Shown: piece by piece, positions 27,058 through 37,043 of the stretch | Layout: each line of letters begins with the position of its first letter | Position numbering within the stretch: the first letter of the stretch is position 1 | Notes under the pieces: generated by a model | What the model saw: only the letters and a program-made list of their open reading frames with translations | What the model was told of the DNA's origin: nothing | The model's database searches: none | Program-made: the position numbers and the translations under genes | Source of the DNA: Gemmatimonadota bacterium | GTDB taxonomy: Bacteria; 4572-55; J002 | Assembly: GCA_003697105.1 (NCBI GenBank) | Contig: RFFQ01000005.1 | Span: forward strand, 1-52,165 | DNA length: 52,165 bases | Direction of reading: 5' to 3'

Positions 27058-29495
27058 TAGCGCCGAAACTCCCGTTGGTCTTGTTCGATCTGAATATCCG
27101 GTAAATCGATGATCGAGAAGCGAAAGCGATAATCCCAATAGCCGGGGCGCATGTTCCAACTGAACGTAGCTTGCCAGCAGTGGAGATCGCGGGTAAAATT
27201 AAAACTTTGGGAACGGATCGTTTGATCCTGAAAATCATAGCTGTTATGGTAAGTCACTTGCCACTTGGCGGTGGGTTTAAAATCGAACCGGAAACGTCCG
27301 GTAATCCGCTTACCCCCCCCAGCGGAGGATTCATACCGCCACGTAGCAGAAAAAGACCAATCCCGTTTGCCGGAAAGCCGCTCCGGATGGCGAGTCCCAA
27401 ACGAAATTTCCTCTGCCAGAGGACGGTTATGGCTCACGGTCAGGGTGTCCAGATCAAACCATGTCCATTGGGCGGTGGATGAGGCCATGGAATCCGGTAG
27501 CGCCGAACCAATCTTTCCCCCAATGGAGGCGCTGGCATCAAAGCTAACAGACTGAAGTTCCCACGTTTGGGTGTCGTGGCGGGTATTCCAATTCAGGGAA
27601 AACCGGTTGAGTTTGGTATCACCCAATTGCACCTGAAAAGCATCTAAGGGATTCATCTGCAAACTGGAATTGAGGTCTGCCCACGGGTGAGAGACGCGTC
27701 CAAAATTGTAACGGGTCGAAAAATTGAGCCGGGCTAACTGAATCTTTTTCTCTTTGGGGGCAGACGATGATGGGGAAAGGCTCCCCTGAAAGCTGGCAGT
27801 GGTATCGATCCCTACAGAATCTATTTCCGTTAGATGGGAATCACGACGCCATTTCAGATCAAAAATATGTTGTACCGAAATTGGCAATTCTTTGGAAGGG
27901 TCACTTCGTTCCACGTCATAATCCCAGTTCATCAACGGGAAGATCGTTCCATCGGAATGAATCCGGCGAAACGGGCTGTAGGAATAGGAAATAGTGGGAT
28001 TGATGGTATGGCGCAACATCTCGATCCCGGCAATCCCCGGCTGAAACAACCCGATAATTTTCGTCCGGGCACTGATCGAAGCACTCAATGTGGCGGATTT
28101 GTGCCGCCCGGACACCTCATATTTCATTTTGTTCCAAGTCTCACTATAGCGGATACTGGGATTAAAACTGAGCGGAAACAGATCGAGTGCCGGTAAGGAA
28201 ATCCCTAGCGAATGGCTGGTCGTGATGTCCGTTTGTTCCGGTGAACCGGTGGTTTTGGTGCGTTGGGCATTAAACCGGCTACTTGGATTGAGGGAAATAC
28301 CCTCCCAATAGGTCTCCTCTGGCACAAACGGGAAAAGCGGCAAGGTGGGATACCGCATGGAAAAGTTGATCACCGGTAAGCGTTGGTTTTGTGTTTCGAT
28401 TTCTTTTCCGGTTTCATCGGTGTCAAAGGTGCGGGTTTCTTCGAGCGCAACGGAGCCACTACCAAATGTCCACTGTTTTTGCAAGGTAATGGTGGAGCGG
28501 ATAGAGCGTGTCGGTTGCTCATCAAAATCAAGGCTGTTACTATAAAAGTTCTGGCTACTACTCAAATTGACATTCGCCCGTAATGACGCCGTCTCATCAA
28601 TTTGTTGATTGTGATTCCAACGGGCTTGCCATTCCTTACGCTTTCCACCGGAGATTGGGATATGCCGTTGCTCATAGCGGATCGTTCCATTAAACACATA
28701 GCGCAAATTATAGCGCCAATTTGCTTCCCACCACCAGCCGCGCCGTTCCCCGTAACTAAAATAAAGTGCCAAATCGTGGTAATCACTCAGGGCAAAATAG
28801 TAGCCCAAATCTTCAATGTAACGCTCGGAATCCGCCTGCAAAAACCCTTGTTCGCCAAATGTTGGAACAATCAGTCCGGATTGGCGGTTTTTGCGTTGGA
28901 TCGGAAAAATCGCATAAGGGAGCACAAAGACGGGTACATCCCGAAATTTGAGGTAAATCGGTTTAGCAATGGCACGATCCCGGTGATACAATTTAATTTT
29001 ATGGCTCGTAAAATAATAATGAGGGCACTTGGCATCACAAGTGGTAAACGAACCATCAACAACATTCATTGTGGATGGACCCACTTTATGAATACGCACG
29101 CCACTGAACATTCCTTTTTTGCCCCGATTAAACTCGGTAACACTAAATCCCTGAAAGATGGTACCGCGCCCGCTACCCACATTGTAAATCAACCGGTCAC
29201 CAACCACTTTTTGATCACCATCCCACAGTACTGGTACTCCCCATGCCATTAAATCTTGGGTTTGGGTATTGTAGCGGATGTGATCGGCTTTTAATTTGGC
29301 CGTCCGATAACGAATCATGGCATTGCCATCTAGCATGAGCAGATGTTCTGGGTTCACATACTCGATTGTTTCCGCCGCATATTGCACGGAATCAGCCGGT
29401 GCCGGCAGACGCGCGTGGGTAGTATCCGGGGATTGTGCCCACAATCGGAGTGGTATCAGCACCCATATCAACACAGTCAGGGACTTACAATTCAT
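27057..29495 (-). CDS. lptD: LPS-assembly protein LptD-like outer-membrane beta-barrel
   Basis: Signal peptide, OstA-like N-terminus, FTTCD...PHY, RQSGLIVP, C-terminal RDLHCW. Confidence 0.88.
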   Translation of the reverse strand: MNCKSLTVLIWVLIPLRLWAQSPDTTHARLPAPADSVQYAAETIEYVNPEHLLMLDGNAMIRYRTAKLKADHIRYNTQTQDLMAWGVPVLWDGDQKVVGDRLIYNVGSGRGTIFQGFSVTEFNRGKKGMFSGVRIHKVGPSTMNVVDGSFTTCDAKCPHYYFTSHKIKLYHRDRAIAKPIYLKFRDVPVFVLPYAIFPIQRKNRQSGLIVPTFGEQGFLQADSERYIEDLGYYFALSDYHDLALYFSYGERRGWWWEANWRYNLRYVFNGTIRYEQRHIPISGGKRKEWQARWNHNQQIDETASLRANVNLSSSQNFYSNSLDFDEQPTRSIRSTITLQKQWTFGSGSVALEETRTFDTDETGKEIETQNQRLPVINFSMRYPTLPLFPFVPEETYWEGISLNPSSRFNAQRTKTTGSPEQTDITTSHSLGISLPALDLFPLSFNPSIRYSETWNKMKYEVSGRHKSATLSASISARTKIIGLFQPGIAGIEMLRHTINPTISYSYSPFRRIHSDGTIFPLMNWDYDVERSDPSKELPISVQHIFDLKWRRDSHLTEIDSVGIDTTASFQGSLSPSSSAPKEKKIQLARLNFSTRYNFGRVSHPWADLNSSLQMNPLDAFQVQLGDTKLNRFSLNWNTRHDTQTWELQSVSFDASASIGGKIGSALPDSMASSTAQWTWFDLDTLTVSHNRPLAEEISFGTRHPERLSGKRDWSFSATWRYESSAGGGKRITGRFRFDFKPTAKWQVTYHNSYDFQDQTIRSQSFNFTRDLHCWQATFSWNMRPGYWDYRFRFSIIDLPDIQIEQDQREFRR

Positions 29496-29507
29496 AGCTT
29501 AAGATGG

Positions 29508-29533
29508 AAAAACGGGGTATATACCCCGTTTTT
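29508..29533. terminator. Perfect 26-bp palindrome, bidirectional terminator-like
   Basis: AAAAACGGGGTATATACCCCGTTTTT. Confidence 0.7.
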
Positions 29534-29542
29534 ACCCCAAAA

Positions 29543-30280
29543 TTACGATGTCTCCGGCTTATCTTGGGAGGGTCGAGTACATTCAAATTGATTCAATTGA
29601 TTTTCCAAGCGTTTGACCGCACTCCACAATGCTTCCAATGCTTCCGGGTCGTCTGGTTTTAAGTGTTCGGTCTGGAGCACGATCTCGGCGGCAACGGATT
29701 GTACCGGCTCAATTTTAGCGGTGATACCGTCTAACATGCTATTAAAATCCGATTCGATCATCGTTTTTAGTTCGTCTTTTTGGCGAAATCGCATTCGCCA
29801 GTACAATTTACCCGTACCAATTTCTTTCATCATCCGGTTAAACCGGTCGATGGGTCCCGCGATTCGGTGGGATTGGATAAGGGCAATCCAGACCGCGACC
29901 ACAAGTACCACCACCAGCACCACCAAGCCAAATATCAGATTGATGGTGAGTAAAAAATCGATCTCAAATTCGGGCATTGCTTTGACTAACCGCAAGACAT
30001 CAACCTTGCGCTGTACCGTTTTCGCCCGGCTCTCTACGGAGGCGGTATCCCGCACAGCGACTTCCTGAACGATCACCAAAGCTTGTTGAAGTTCGTTGGC
30101 GTAGGTACTCCATTCCTCAATATAGCTATTGAGGACAGTCCACACATAAAAACTCACCAGCGTTAAACCAATGGTTAACAATAATACCGGTACAATCGGA
30201 ATCCATAAAAACCGGAATTGAAACCCTTGATTGGAAAACCAACTGCGCTGATTCACCTGATAGGCTTTAGACTTGGGCAT
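29543..30280 (-). CDS. Two-TM HAMP-domain protein without output domain
   Basis: FQFRF then TM1, periplasmic helix, TM2, SHRIAGPI.R...R.KDEL HAMP motif. Confidence 0.8.
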   Translation of the reverse strand: MPKSKAYQVNQRSWFSNQGFQFRFLWIPIVPVLLLTIGLTLVSFYVWTVLNSYIEEWSTYANELQQALVIVQEVAVRDTASVESRAKTVQRKVDVLRLVKAMPEFEIDFLLTINLIFGLVVLVVVLVVAVWIALIQSHRIAGPIDRFNRMMKEIGTGKLYWRMRFRQKDELKTMIESDFNSMLDGITAKIEPVQSVAAEIVLQTEHLKPDDPEALEALWSAVKRLENQLNQFECTRPSQDKPETS

Positions 30281-30316
30281 ATTATTCCCCTATCGATAAG
30301 GTCTATGGTTTAATGT

Positions 30317-30673
30317 TCAAACTGACCCAACCGGTTGATTATGTTCATCCAACACAACAACTTTCGGTTGATGCTGCCGGGCTTCTGTGTCATCCATCAA
30401 GGCATAACTAATAATGATAATGCGGTCTCCGACTTCACCCAGCCGTGCGGCGGCGCCATTCAGGCAAATTTCCCGTTTGCCACGTTCGCCTTTAATGACA
30501 TAAGTTTCCAACCGGGCGCCGGTGTTGATATTCACCACTTGCACTTTTTCATTAACAAGTAAATCAACCATCTCCATCAGCTCTTCATCGATGGTCAAAC
30601 TGCCCGCATAATGCAAATTGGCATCGGTAATGGTTGCCCGATGAAGTTTTGACTTATGCATCTCTCTAAACAT
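30317..30673 (-). CDS. panD: Aspartate 1-decarboxylase
   Basis: [16 protein letters not shown] cleavage site, ETYVI, NGAAAR; TAATG coupling. Confidence 0.97.
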   Translation of the reverse strand: MFREMHKSKLHRATITDANLHYAGSLTIDEELMEMVDLLVNEKVQVVNINTGARLETYVIKGERGKREICLNGAAARLGEVGDRIIIISYALMDDTEARQHQPKVVVLDEHNQPVGSV

Positions 30674-31371
30674 TAACAATCACTCTCCTTTGCTTCTGGG
30701 TGATTTTGCAATTGTTGCAAAACCGCCGGTAATTCGGTGAAACATTCAATCTGTAGATCAGCGGTCGCCAATTCGGCGGGGCTACCGAATCCATAACGGC
30801 AAGCAATCACCGGTATTCCGTTGGCATGTCCGGCATCAATATCACTTTGCCGGTCTCCAATCAATACGACCTGTTCCGCCGGGAAACGATACAACATTTC
30901 ATGAACCAGATCAACTTTTGTCGCGTGTTGGCGATCCTGAATACATAAATGATAATCAAAAAGCGAGTCTAGCGCAAATGTTTCTAAAACAGCGTCCAAA
31001 TACGGGCGGTCACAATTGCTGGCGATTGCCAACGTCCACCGTTTCGAGTAAAGAAGATTAAGGATTGGGATCACCTGAGGGTACAGCGAAGCCGCACCAT
31101 GACGAATCCAGCGAGCCAGTGTTAGCCGCCCTTGATGGTGCAGTTGGGGGGAAAGGTGTTGGTATGCCGGAGGTAATAACCCGCGATAATACTGGTCAAC
31201 CGGTGTTCCTAAAGCTTGGACGATGTGGCACGTGGAGGGTATAGCGAGGTCATCGATCTGGTGAGCTTCAAAAAACTGGGTTAATAAATCCTGAACCGCC
31301 GGTACAATAAAACTGCGCGTATCCAGCAGGGTTCCATCCAGATCGAAAATAAGGAGTTTAGTTTGGGGCAC
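30673..31371 (-). CDS. HAD-superfamily hydrolase (phosphoglycolate phosphatase-like)
   Basis: FDLDGTL, ASN, K, IGDRQSD motifs. Confidence 0.9.
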   Translation of the reverse strand: MPQTKLLIFDLDGTLLDTRSFIVPAVQDLLTQFFEAHQIDDLAIPSTCHIVQALGTPVDQYYRGLLPPAYQHLSPQLHHQGRLTLARWIRHGAASLYPQVIPILNLLYSKRWTLAIASNCDRPYLDAVLETFALDSLFDYHLCIQDRQHATKVDLVHEMLYRFPAEQVVLIGDRQSDIDAGHANGIPVIACRYGFGSPAELATADLQIECFTELPAVLQQLQNHPEAKESDC

Positions 31372-31404
31372 GTTCTATATCACACACATCACGCCGGGTT
31401 GGAT

Positions 31405-32640
31405 TTAGAAAAAATCCATCCACTTTTTCATGCGGTTCAGAATTTTTTCAAACACACGTTCATCACTGACCCCACCAATTAAGCTCAATTCATTTTGGAA
31501 TTGGCGTCCATACAGTACCAACCCAACCCCGGTGGCATACATCGGTTCAGATACGGATTCGGACAATCCTCCGACCCCGCGGGGAATGCCTCGCTTAACG
31601 GGGCAATGAAACACTTGTTCAGCCAGTTCAGGAGCGCCTTCAATGGTGGAAGCTCCGCCGGTAATAACAAGACCGGCATTGAGCAAGTCAGCATAATCCG
31701 TTTTACGAATTTCACGCAAGGTCAGATGAAAAATTTCTTCCATTCGGGCTTCAATGATGTCGGCAAGATAGAGGCGAGGTACTTCACGAGGCTCACGCCC
31801 ACCGACACCGGGCACCATGATCATTTCGGACTCATCAACAAGGTCTTTCAGGGCACATCCATGCTGTTTTTTCAATTCTTCAGCACGGGCAAGGGGGGTA
31901 CGCAATCCCACGGATATATCTTGGGTTACATTATCGCCTCCCAGACCGATCACGGCGGTGTGGCGAATACTCCCGCCATGAAAGATGGCGACGTCTGCCG
32001 TACCGCCGCCGATATCCAGCAGTGCCACACCCAGTTCTTTTTCATCGTCATCCAGCACGGCATAGCTTGAGGCCAGGGGTTCTAAGACAATGTCTGATAC
32101 TTCCAACCCCGCCCGGCGTACCGCTTTGTAAATATTTTGGGCAGATGTTACCGCACCTGTCACAATATGGACTTCGGCTTCCAAGCGCACCCCGGACATT
32201 CCCACGGGGTCGGTGATGCCACCCTGATCATCGACGATAAACTCTTGCGGGAGAACATGAATAATTTCCCGGTCCATGGGAATGGCAACCGCTTTAGCGG
32301 CATCGATCACGCGCACAATATCCGTTTTCGTGATCTCGTTATCCTGCCGAGAGACCGCAATCACCCCGCGTGAATTGATACTGCGAATATGGTCGCCAGC
32401 GATTCCGGCATAGACGGAATGTACCTCCACACCTGCCATCAATTCGGCTTCTTCCACAGCCGTAGTAATGGACTGAACGGTCTTTTCCAGATTGACAACC
32501 ACCCCCCGTCGCAATCCATGGGAAGGACTTTTTCCCACTCCTACGACATTCAACTGTCCATCGGAATCCACCTCAGCGATAATCGCCCCAATTTTGGTGG
32601 TACCAATATCTAAACCTACAATGGTATGTGTTCTAGCCAT
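31405..32640 (-). CDS. ftsA: Cell division protein FtsA
   Basis: GLDIGTTK, GVRLEA, LLDIGGGT, ITGGAS, YATGVGL. Confidence 0.98.
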   Translation of the reverse strand: MARTHTIVGLDIGTTKIGAIIAEVDSDGQLNVVGVGKSPSHGLRRGVVVNLEKTVQSITTAVEEAELMAGVEVHSVYAGIAGDHIRSINSRGVIAVSRQDNEITKTDIVRVIDAAKAVAIPMDREIIHVLPQEFIVDDQGGITDPVGMSGVRLEAEVHIVTGAVTSAQNIYKAVRRAGLEVSDIVLEPLASSYAVLDDDEKELGVALLDIGGGTADVAIFHGGSIRHTAVIGLGGDNVTQDISVGLRTPLARAEELKKQHGCALKDLVDESEMIMVPGVGGREPREVPRLYLADIIEARMEEIFHLTLREIRKTDYADLLNAGLVITGGASTIEGAPELAEQVFHCPVKRGIPRGVGGLSESVSEPMYATGVGLVLYGRQFQNELSLIGGVSDERVFEKILNRMKKWMDFF

Positions 32641-32658
32641 AATTTGTAGTCCTTTTTC

Positions 32659-33408
32659 TTAGTGACCCTGAAGTTTCACCACAGCAGCGTCATCATAACG
32701 GAGGTCAATTTCAGCTACCGGTAAACCTCGTTGGTTTATATCATCTATCATTTCAGTTAGATAGTACATTTTTTGGGGAAATTGATCCGCTTCTATTCGT
32801 GCTTTGATGCCCTGAGAGAGGGTGTACACCGTGACATCTGTTTCGGATTCCAACTGAATTTCAGAGATAACGGCGGCATAAGTCTCTGAAATAGCAAGAA
32901 ATTCCACAACCGGTTCCAGTTGCGGAAGTTCCAGAGGCATTCCCACTTGATACGGCACATCACGCAAACCCGTAATGAGCGGGTGGTCAAAATCAGATGA
33001 ATGAACTAATGGAAAAATAACGCGGTCTTTATCAATTCCGCATAGGCTATCTAACACGACAATGGCAATGGGGGACCGCTCAACGACCTTGATTTGGAGC
33101 GTATGTGGCAGTTTTTTCTTGAAGGCTGCCGAACGGAGGCGCGGGTGACGTTCCACCTGCTGGGCCCATACCGGATCAACGGTAAAAAGAGAAATACCCT
33201 CCATTGCCGGTACAAACGGCTCAATATCTGCCGGGGTCAAGGCGTGGGTGCCCACAATTTCTACCCGCCGGATAGAAAACCAGCTTGAGAGAAATAGGGC
33301 ATAGTACCCCATACCAACCCCCCCAACGAGTACAAACAACAAAAAAAGAGCTTGCCGGCGGTGTTTCCGTTGGCGCTGCCGGCGCTCTAATGTTAGGGCG
33401 CGTATCAT
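32659..33408 (-). CDS. ftsQ: Cell division protein FtsQ/DivIB
   Basis: Basic N-terminus, single TM, POTRA domain, V.ER.P, C-terminal IDLRY; directly upstream of ftsA. Confidence 0.9.
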   Translation of the reverse strand: MIRALTLERRQRQRKHRRQALFLLFVLVGGVGMGYYALFLSSWFSIRRVEIVGTHALTPADIEPFVPAMEGISLFTVDPVWAQQVERHPRLRSAAFKKKLPHTLQIKVVERSPIAIVVLDSLCGIDKDRVIFPLVHSSDFDHPLITGLRDVPYQVGMPLELPQLEPVVEFLAISETYAAVISEIQLESETDVTVYTLSQGIKARIEADQFPQKMYYLTEMIDDINQRGLPVAEIDLRYDDAAVVKLQGH

Positions 33409-33449
33409 GGTTCTCCTTTCGTTTATTCAGCAACATGCAGAACGGGTCA

Positions 33450-33478
33450 AGCATACCAAAAATAAGATATATTGTCAA
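33450..33478 (-). promoter_or_regulatory. Putative sigma70 promoter (extended -10) for ftsQ-ftsA
   Basis: Minus strand TTGACA-17 bp-TATGCT with TGG immediately before the -10. Confidence 0.7.
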
Positions 33479-33537
33479 TAGAAAAGCATATGGATTTAAG
33501 CACCCGCCAGGTGTTGCTTGGCATTGGAACAAATTTC

Positions 33538-33566
33538 TTGCCAAAGCTTCTTTTTTCGTGTAGGTT
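33538..33566 (+). promoter_or_regulatory. Putative sigma70 promoter for the UbiA-CAP-murE unit
   Basis: TTGCCA-17 bp-TAGGTT. Confidence 0.45.
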
Positions 33567-33588
33567 CAGGCAACACAGGGAGAACACT

Positions 33589-34431
33589 ATGCAGGTTATC
33601 AGCGGGCTAATTCGGTTAATGCGGTTGGGTAACGGGTTGATCGCGGGGCTGGCGGTCATGCTCGGAGCACTGCTAGGCCAACCCACATCTCCAGATTGGC
33701 TATGGATCGGCATTGCCGGTACATCCGCTTTGCTCATCACGGCGGGCGGAAATACCCTAAACGATGTATGTGACCGGGAGATTGATCGCCTGAACCGTCC
33801 CGAACGACCCCTCCCCGCCGGTATGGTTTCTGTACGTCAGGCAACAATTTGGGGTAGTCTGTTACTCCTGGCGGGTCTCGGGATCAGTTACCGTCTGCAG
33901 ATCACGTTATTCGGGATGGCAATGTTGGTAACGGTTCTGATCTTGATATACAACCTCCGCTGGAAACGCCAACCTTTAATCGGAAATGTGGTAGTCGCTT
34001 TAAGTAGCGCACTCTGTTTTGTTTACGGGGGATTGGCGGTCAATACCGTCTTACCAACCCTCATTCCGGCGGTATTCGCTTTTTTTTTCCATCTCGCCCG
34101 AGAAATCATTAAAGATATAGAAGATATGCGGGGAGACCGTGCGCAACGGGCTACCACATTTCCCATTGTATATGGGGAAGAACATGCCATACGGCTGGTT
34201 ATCTTCATTTTATGGATATTGGTTATCTTGATCCCCTTGCCGTATTTATTGGAGATATATTCGTGGGTGTATCTTCTGATCGTGACCATCGGGGTGTTAC
34301 CGGTGTTAGCCCACACAATTATGAAATTAAAAAACAGAACACAACCGGCAAACTTTGCTCAAATTAGCCTTTACTTAAAATTAGATATGATTGTCGGTAT
34401 TCTTGCCATTTGGAAAGGACAATACCCATGA
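33589..34431 (+). CDS. UbiA-family prenyltransferase, digeranylgeranylglyceryl-phosphate synthase-like
   Basis: GGNTLNDVCDREIDRLNRPERPLPAG, Y...K..PLIGN, AREIIKDIEDMRGD...T.P motifs typical of DGGGPS-like proteins; GGAGA RBS. Confidence 0.85.
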   Translation: MQVISGLIRLMRLGNGLIAGLAVMLGALLGQPTSPDWLWIGIAGTSALLITAGGNTLNDVCDREIDRLNRPERPLPAGMVSVRQATIWGSLLLLAGLGISYRLQITLFGMAMLVTVLILIYNLRWKRQPLIGNVVVALSSALCFVYGGLAVNTVLPTLIPAVFAFFFHLAREIIKDIEDMRGDRAQRATTFPIVYGEEHAIRLVIFILWILVILIPLPYLLEIYSWVYLLIVTIGVLPVLAHTIMKLKNRTQPANFAQISLYLKLDMIVGILAIWKGQYP

Positions 34432-34940
34432 TCCGCTTCAAACCGGTTATCTGGTTATGGATAGTATTCGTTTTGGCGAGCGTAGGTTGCGACCCTAGTG
34501 ACACTACACCTTCCGGTACCTCCGATCCGGTAGATAACGCTGAATTTCAACCCCTGATTGAAGACGAAATTCTAACTTACACCAATAACTATCGCGCCCA
34601 ACATGGCTTGAACCCACTTTACATGCGCGAAGATGTTCGCACCGTCGCTCGCCAACACAGTTTGGATATGCTCGACCGGAACTTTTTTGACCACACGAAC
34701 CCAGACGGAGAATCTCCGGCAGACCGGCTGAAGAACGCCCACATATCGTACACCGCTTGGGCAGAAAATATTGCCTTAAACAGTGGTGCCACCGATCCGG
34801 CAAGTACCGTGATGAATCAGTGGATCAACAGTGAAGGACACCGGCTAAATATTCTGAACACCGCGGTCACCCATATTGGTATTGGAGTTGTTCGCGCCGG
34901 AGAGACGTATTATTATACCCAACTTTTTATGAGACCCTAA
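34428..34940 (+). CDS. CAP (SCP-like) domain lipoprotein
   Basis: Lipobox SVGC; HSLDM...FFDH, AENIA, WINSEGHRLNIL, YYTQLF. Confidence 0.92.
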   Translation: MIRFKPVIWLWIVFVLASVGCDPSDTTPSGTSDPVDNAEFQPLIEDEILTYTNNYRAQHGLNPLYMREDVRTVARQHSLDMLDRNFFDHTNPDGESPADRLKNAHISYTAWAENIALNSGATDPASTVMNQWINSEGHRLNILNTAVTHIGIGVVRAGETYYYTQLFMRP

Positions 34941-34944
34941 CCCC

Positions 34945-36441
34945 ATGATACAAAAAACATTAACAGATTTAGTTTCCGTACTACCAGATGTTCGCCGGAG
35001 TACCTCCGAAAATCCGGTGATTACCCACATCACCCATGACTCGCGGCAAGTCCAGCCCAGTAGCTTATTTGTTTGTATAGAAGGCTTGACAACAGACGGG
35101 CACCACTTCATTGATGCCGCGATAGAACGGGGTGCAGTGGCAATTCTGGCATCGCGCCCCGTAGCGGAACATCGTGTACCGGTAATTTACGTAAATAATA
35201 CCCGCGCCGCACTGCCGGTACTCGCCGCCGCACTCTACGATCATCCTTCCCGGCAATTGAATGTCATTGGCATCACCGGTACAAACGGTAAAACCACCTC
35301 CACGTACCTGATCCGCTCGCTATTTGAGGTAGCAACCCAAAAAACCGGTTTGATCGGTACAATCGCCTATTGGATCGGCGCAGATGCTTTTGAAGCCCCT
35401 TTTACGACTCCGGAATCCATCGATATCCAACGCCTTTTTGCCGAAATGGTCAAACAACACGTTCAAACCGTTATTATGGAGGTCTCCTCCCATGCGCTGG
35501 AGTTACGCCGCGCCGACGCGATTGACTTTGATACCGCCATCTTTACTAACCTGACCCGCGACCATCTCGATTTTCATTCCTCGGTTGAAGCGTACCGAAA
35601 TGCCAAATTAAGACTGTTTCAAAAACTCACCGACCCCCAACGGCAGCGGGGCATTGTCAATCTGGATGATCCAAATGCCAGTTATTTTATAAAACAGACC
35701 CCGGTACCCGTGTTGACGTTTGGCTTTTCAACCGAAGCAGATATTCACCCGCTTTCCGTTCAAATGACGTTATTTCACACGGATTTAGAACTCCGTACAC
35801 CCTTGGGAACGCTCCAACTCCGGTCCCCTTTGCGCGGACGAAGTAATATTTACAACCTTTTAACTACCGTAACCGTTGGAATTGCCTACAACATGAGTTT
35901 AGAGACTATTCGGGCAGGTATTGAACAGGTGGAAAATGTGGCAGGACGGTTTGAAACTGTTGATGAAGGGCAGGATTTCGGGGTCATTGTGGATTATGCC
36001 CATACCCCCGATGCGCTAGAACGCTTGCTAAAAACAGTACGAGAGATTGGGGTCAAGCGAATTATTACGGTGTTTGGGTGTGGCGGAGACCGGGATCGCG
36101 GCAAACGCCCCCAAATGGGACAGATTGCCGCGAATTTGAGCGATTGGGCGATTGTCACCTCTGACAATCCCCGCACAGAAGACCCGAACCAGATTATTGC
36201 AGATATTTTGGAGGGAATCTCCACCTCCAATATCGACGTGGAGATCGACCGCCGGAAAGCAATTTATCGGGCGGTCGAAATTGCCCAAACCGGGGACGCG
36301 GTCGTCATCGCGGGAAAAGGTCACGAAGATTACCAAATTTTAGGAACCACCAAAACCCATTTTGATGACCGCGAAGAAGCACGAAAGGCGTTGAAAGCAA
36401 TCGCGCGCACCTACCAAACATCCGGCGATAACCAGAATTGA
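34945..36441 (+). CDS. murE: UDP-MurNAc-Ala-Glu--2,6-diaminopimelate ligase
   Basis: GITGTNGKTT, MEVSSH, TNLTRDHLDFH, DYAHTPD, DNPR (meso-DAP specificity), AGKGHE. Confidence 0.97.
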   Translation: MIQKTLTDLVSVLPDVRRSTSENPVITHITHDSRQVQPSSLFVCIEGLTTDGHHFIDAAIERGAVAILASRPVAEHRVPVIYVNNTRAALPVLAAALYDHPSRQLNVIGITGTNGKTTSTYLIRSLFEVATQKTGLIGTIAYWIGADAFEAPFTTPESIDIQRLFAEMVKQHVQTVIMEVSSHALELRRADAIDFDTAIFTNLTRDHLDFHSSVEAYRNAKLRLFQKLTDPQRQRGIVNLDDPNASYFIKQTPVPVLTFGFSTEADIHPLSVQMTLFHTDLELRTPLGTLQLRSPLRGRSNIYNLLTTVTVGIAYNMSLETIRAGIEQVENVAGRFETVDEGQDFGVIVDYAHTPDALERLLKTVREIGVKRIITVFGCGGDRDRGKRPQMGQIAANLSDWAIVTSDNPRTEDPNQIIADILEGISTSNIDVEIDRRKAIYRAVEIAQTGDAVVIAGKGHEDYQILGTTKTHFDDREEARKALKAIARTYQTSGDNQN

Positions 36442-36452
36442 CCGGTAAAAAC

Positions 36453-36848
36453 TTACGGCAACAGGGCAAAGGTGAGTGCCGTTTCCGCCGGATGCTGGTC
36501 TGTTTGAACAAATTTCACGATTTTGCCCTGCGCGTAATAATCCGCGCGACTCACAATAATATGATAGGTACCCGTGGGCAATCCGGAGACCGTACGTTTC
36601 CCATGGTTATCGGTATGTCCTTGAAAACGGATATCCCCTTTTGGCGTATAAACGATAACCGCCGCATTCGGAATGGGACGATTTGCAGGGTCAATGGCAT
36701 GAATTATAAGAACATCGGATAGCACCGTCACTTCTTCAGCAATAGGTGGCTCTTCCAGATGGACTGGCGCCGAAAACCAAGCACAGGATTGTCCGGTAAG
36801 CATCCAAATCCACAAAACGAAAATACTAAAAATTTGTCGTTTTATCAT
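36453..36848 (-). CDS. Exported protein with carboxypeptidase-regulatory-like beta-sandwich domain
   Basis: Signal-like N-terminus with Cys; PIPNAAV, TDNHG, GLPTGTYHIIVS pattern. Confidence 0.65.
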   Translation of the reverse strand: MIKRQIFSIFVLWIWMLTGQSCAWFSAPVHLEEPPIAEEVTVLSDVLIIHAIDPANRPIPNAAVIVYTPKGDIRFQGHTDNHGKRTVSGLPTGTYHIIVSRADYYAQGKIVKFVQTDQHPAETALTFALLP

Positions 36849-36970
36849 CCAAAACGCCCCCCAAAGGTAAAAAAAGACATAAAATTTTTCATATTTCCAC
36901 ATGTTGGCAGACAAATTCGGAGTATCGCAACTCCTTTGCCGCCGGAAGAGTCGCCAAGATAGATTTTCGT

Positions 36971-36999
36971 TTGACAAGAGAAGGTCTGCATGTTATTTT
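36971..36999 (+). promoter_or_regulatory. Putative sigma70 promoter (extended -10)
   Basis: TTGACA-17 bp-TATTTT with TGT before the -10. Confidence 0.55.
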
Positions 37000-37043
37000 A
37001 GCCCACTCAATTGCCCTTAATGTGAATAATTTCAGGAACAAGA

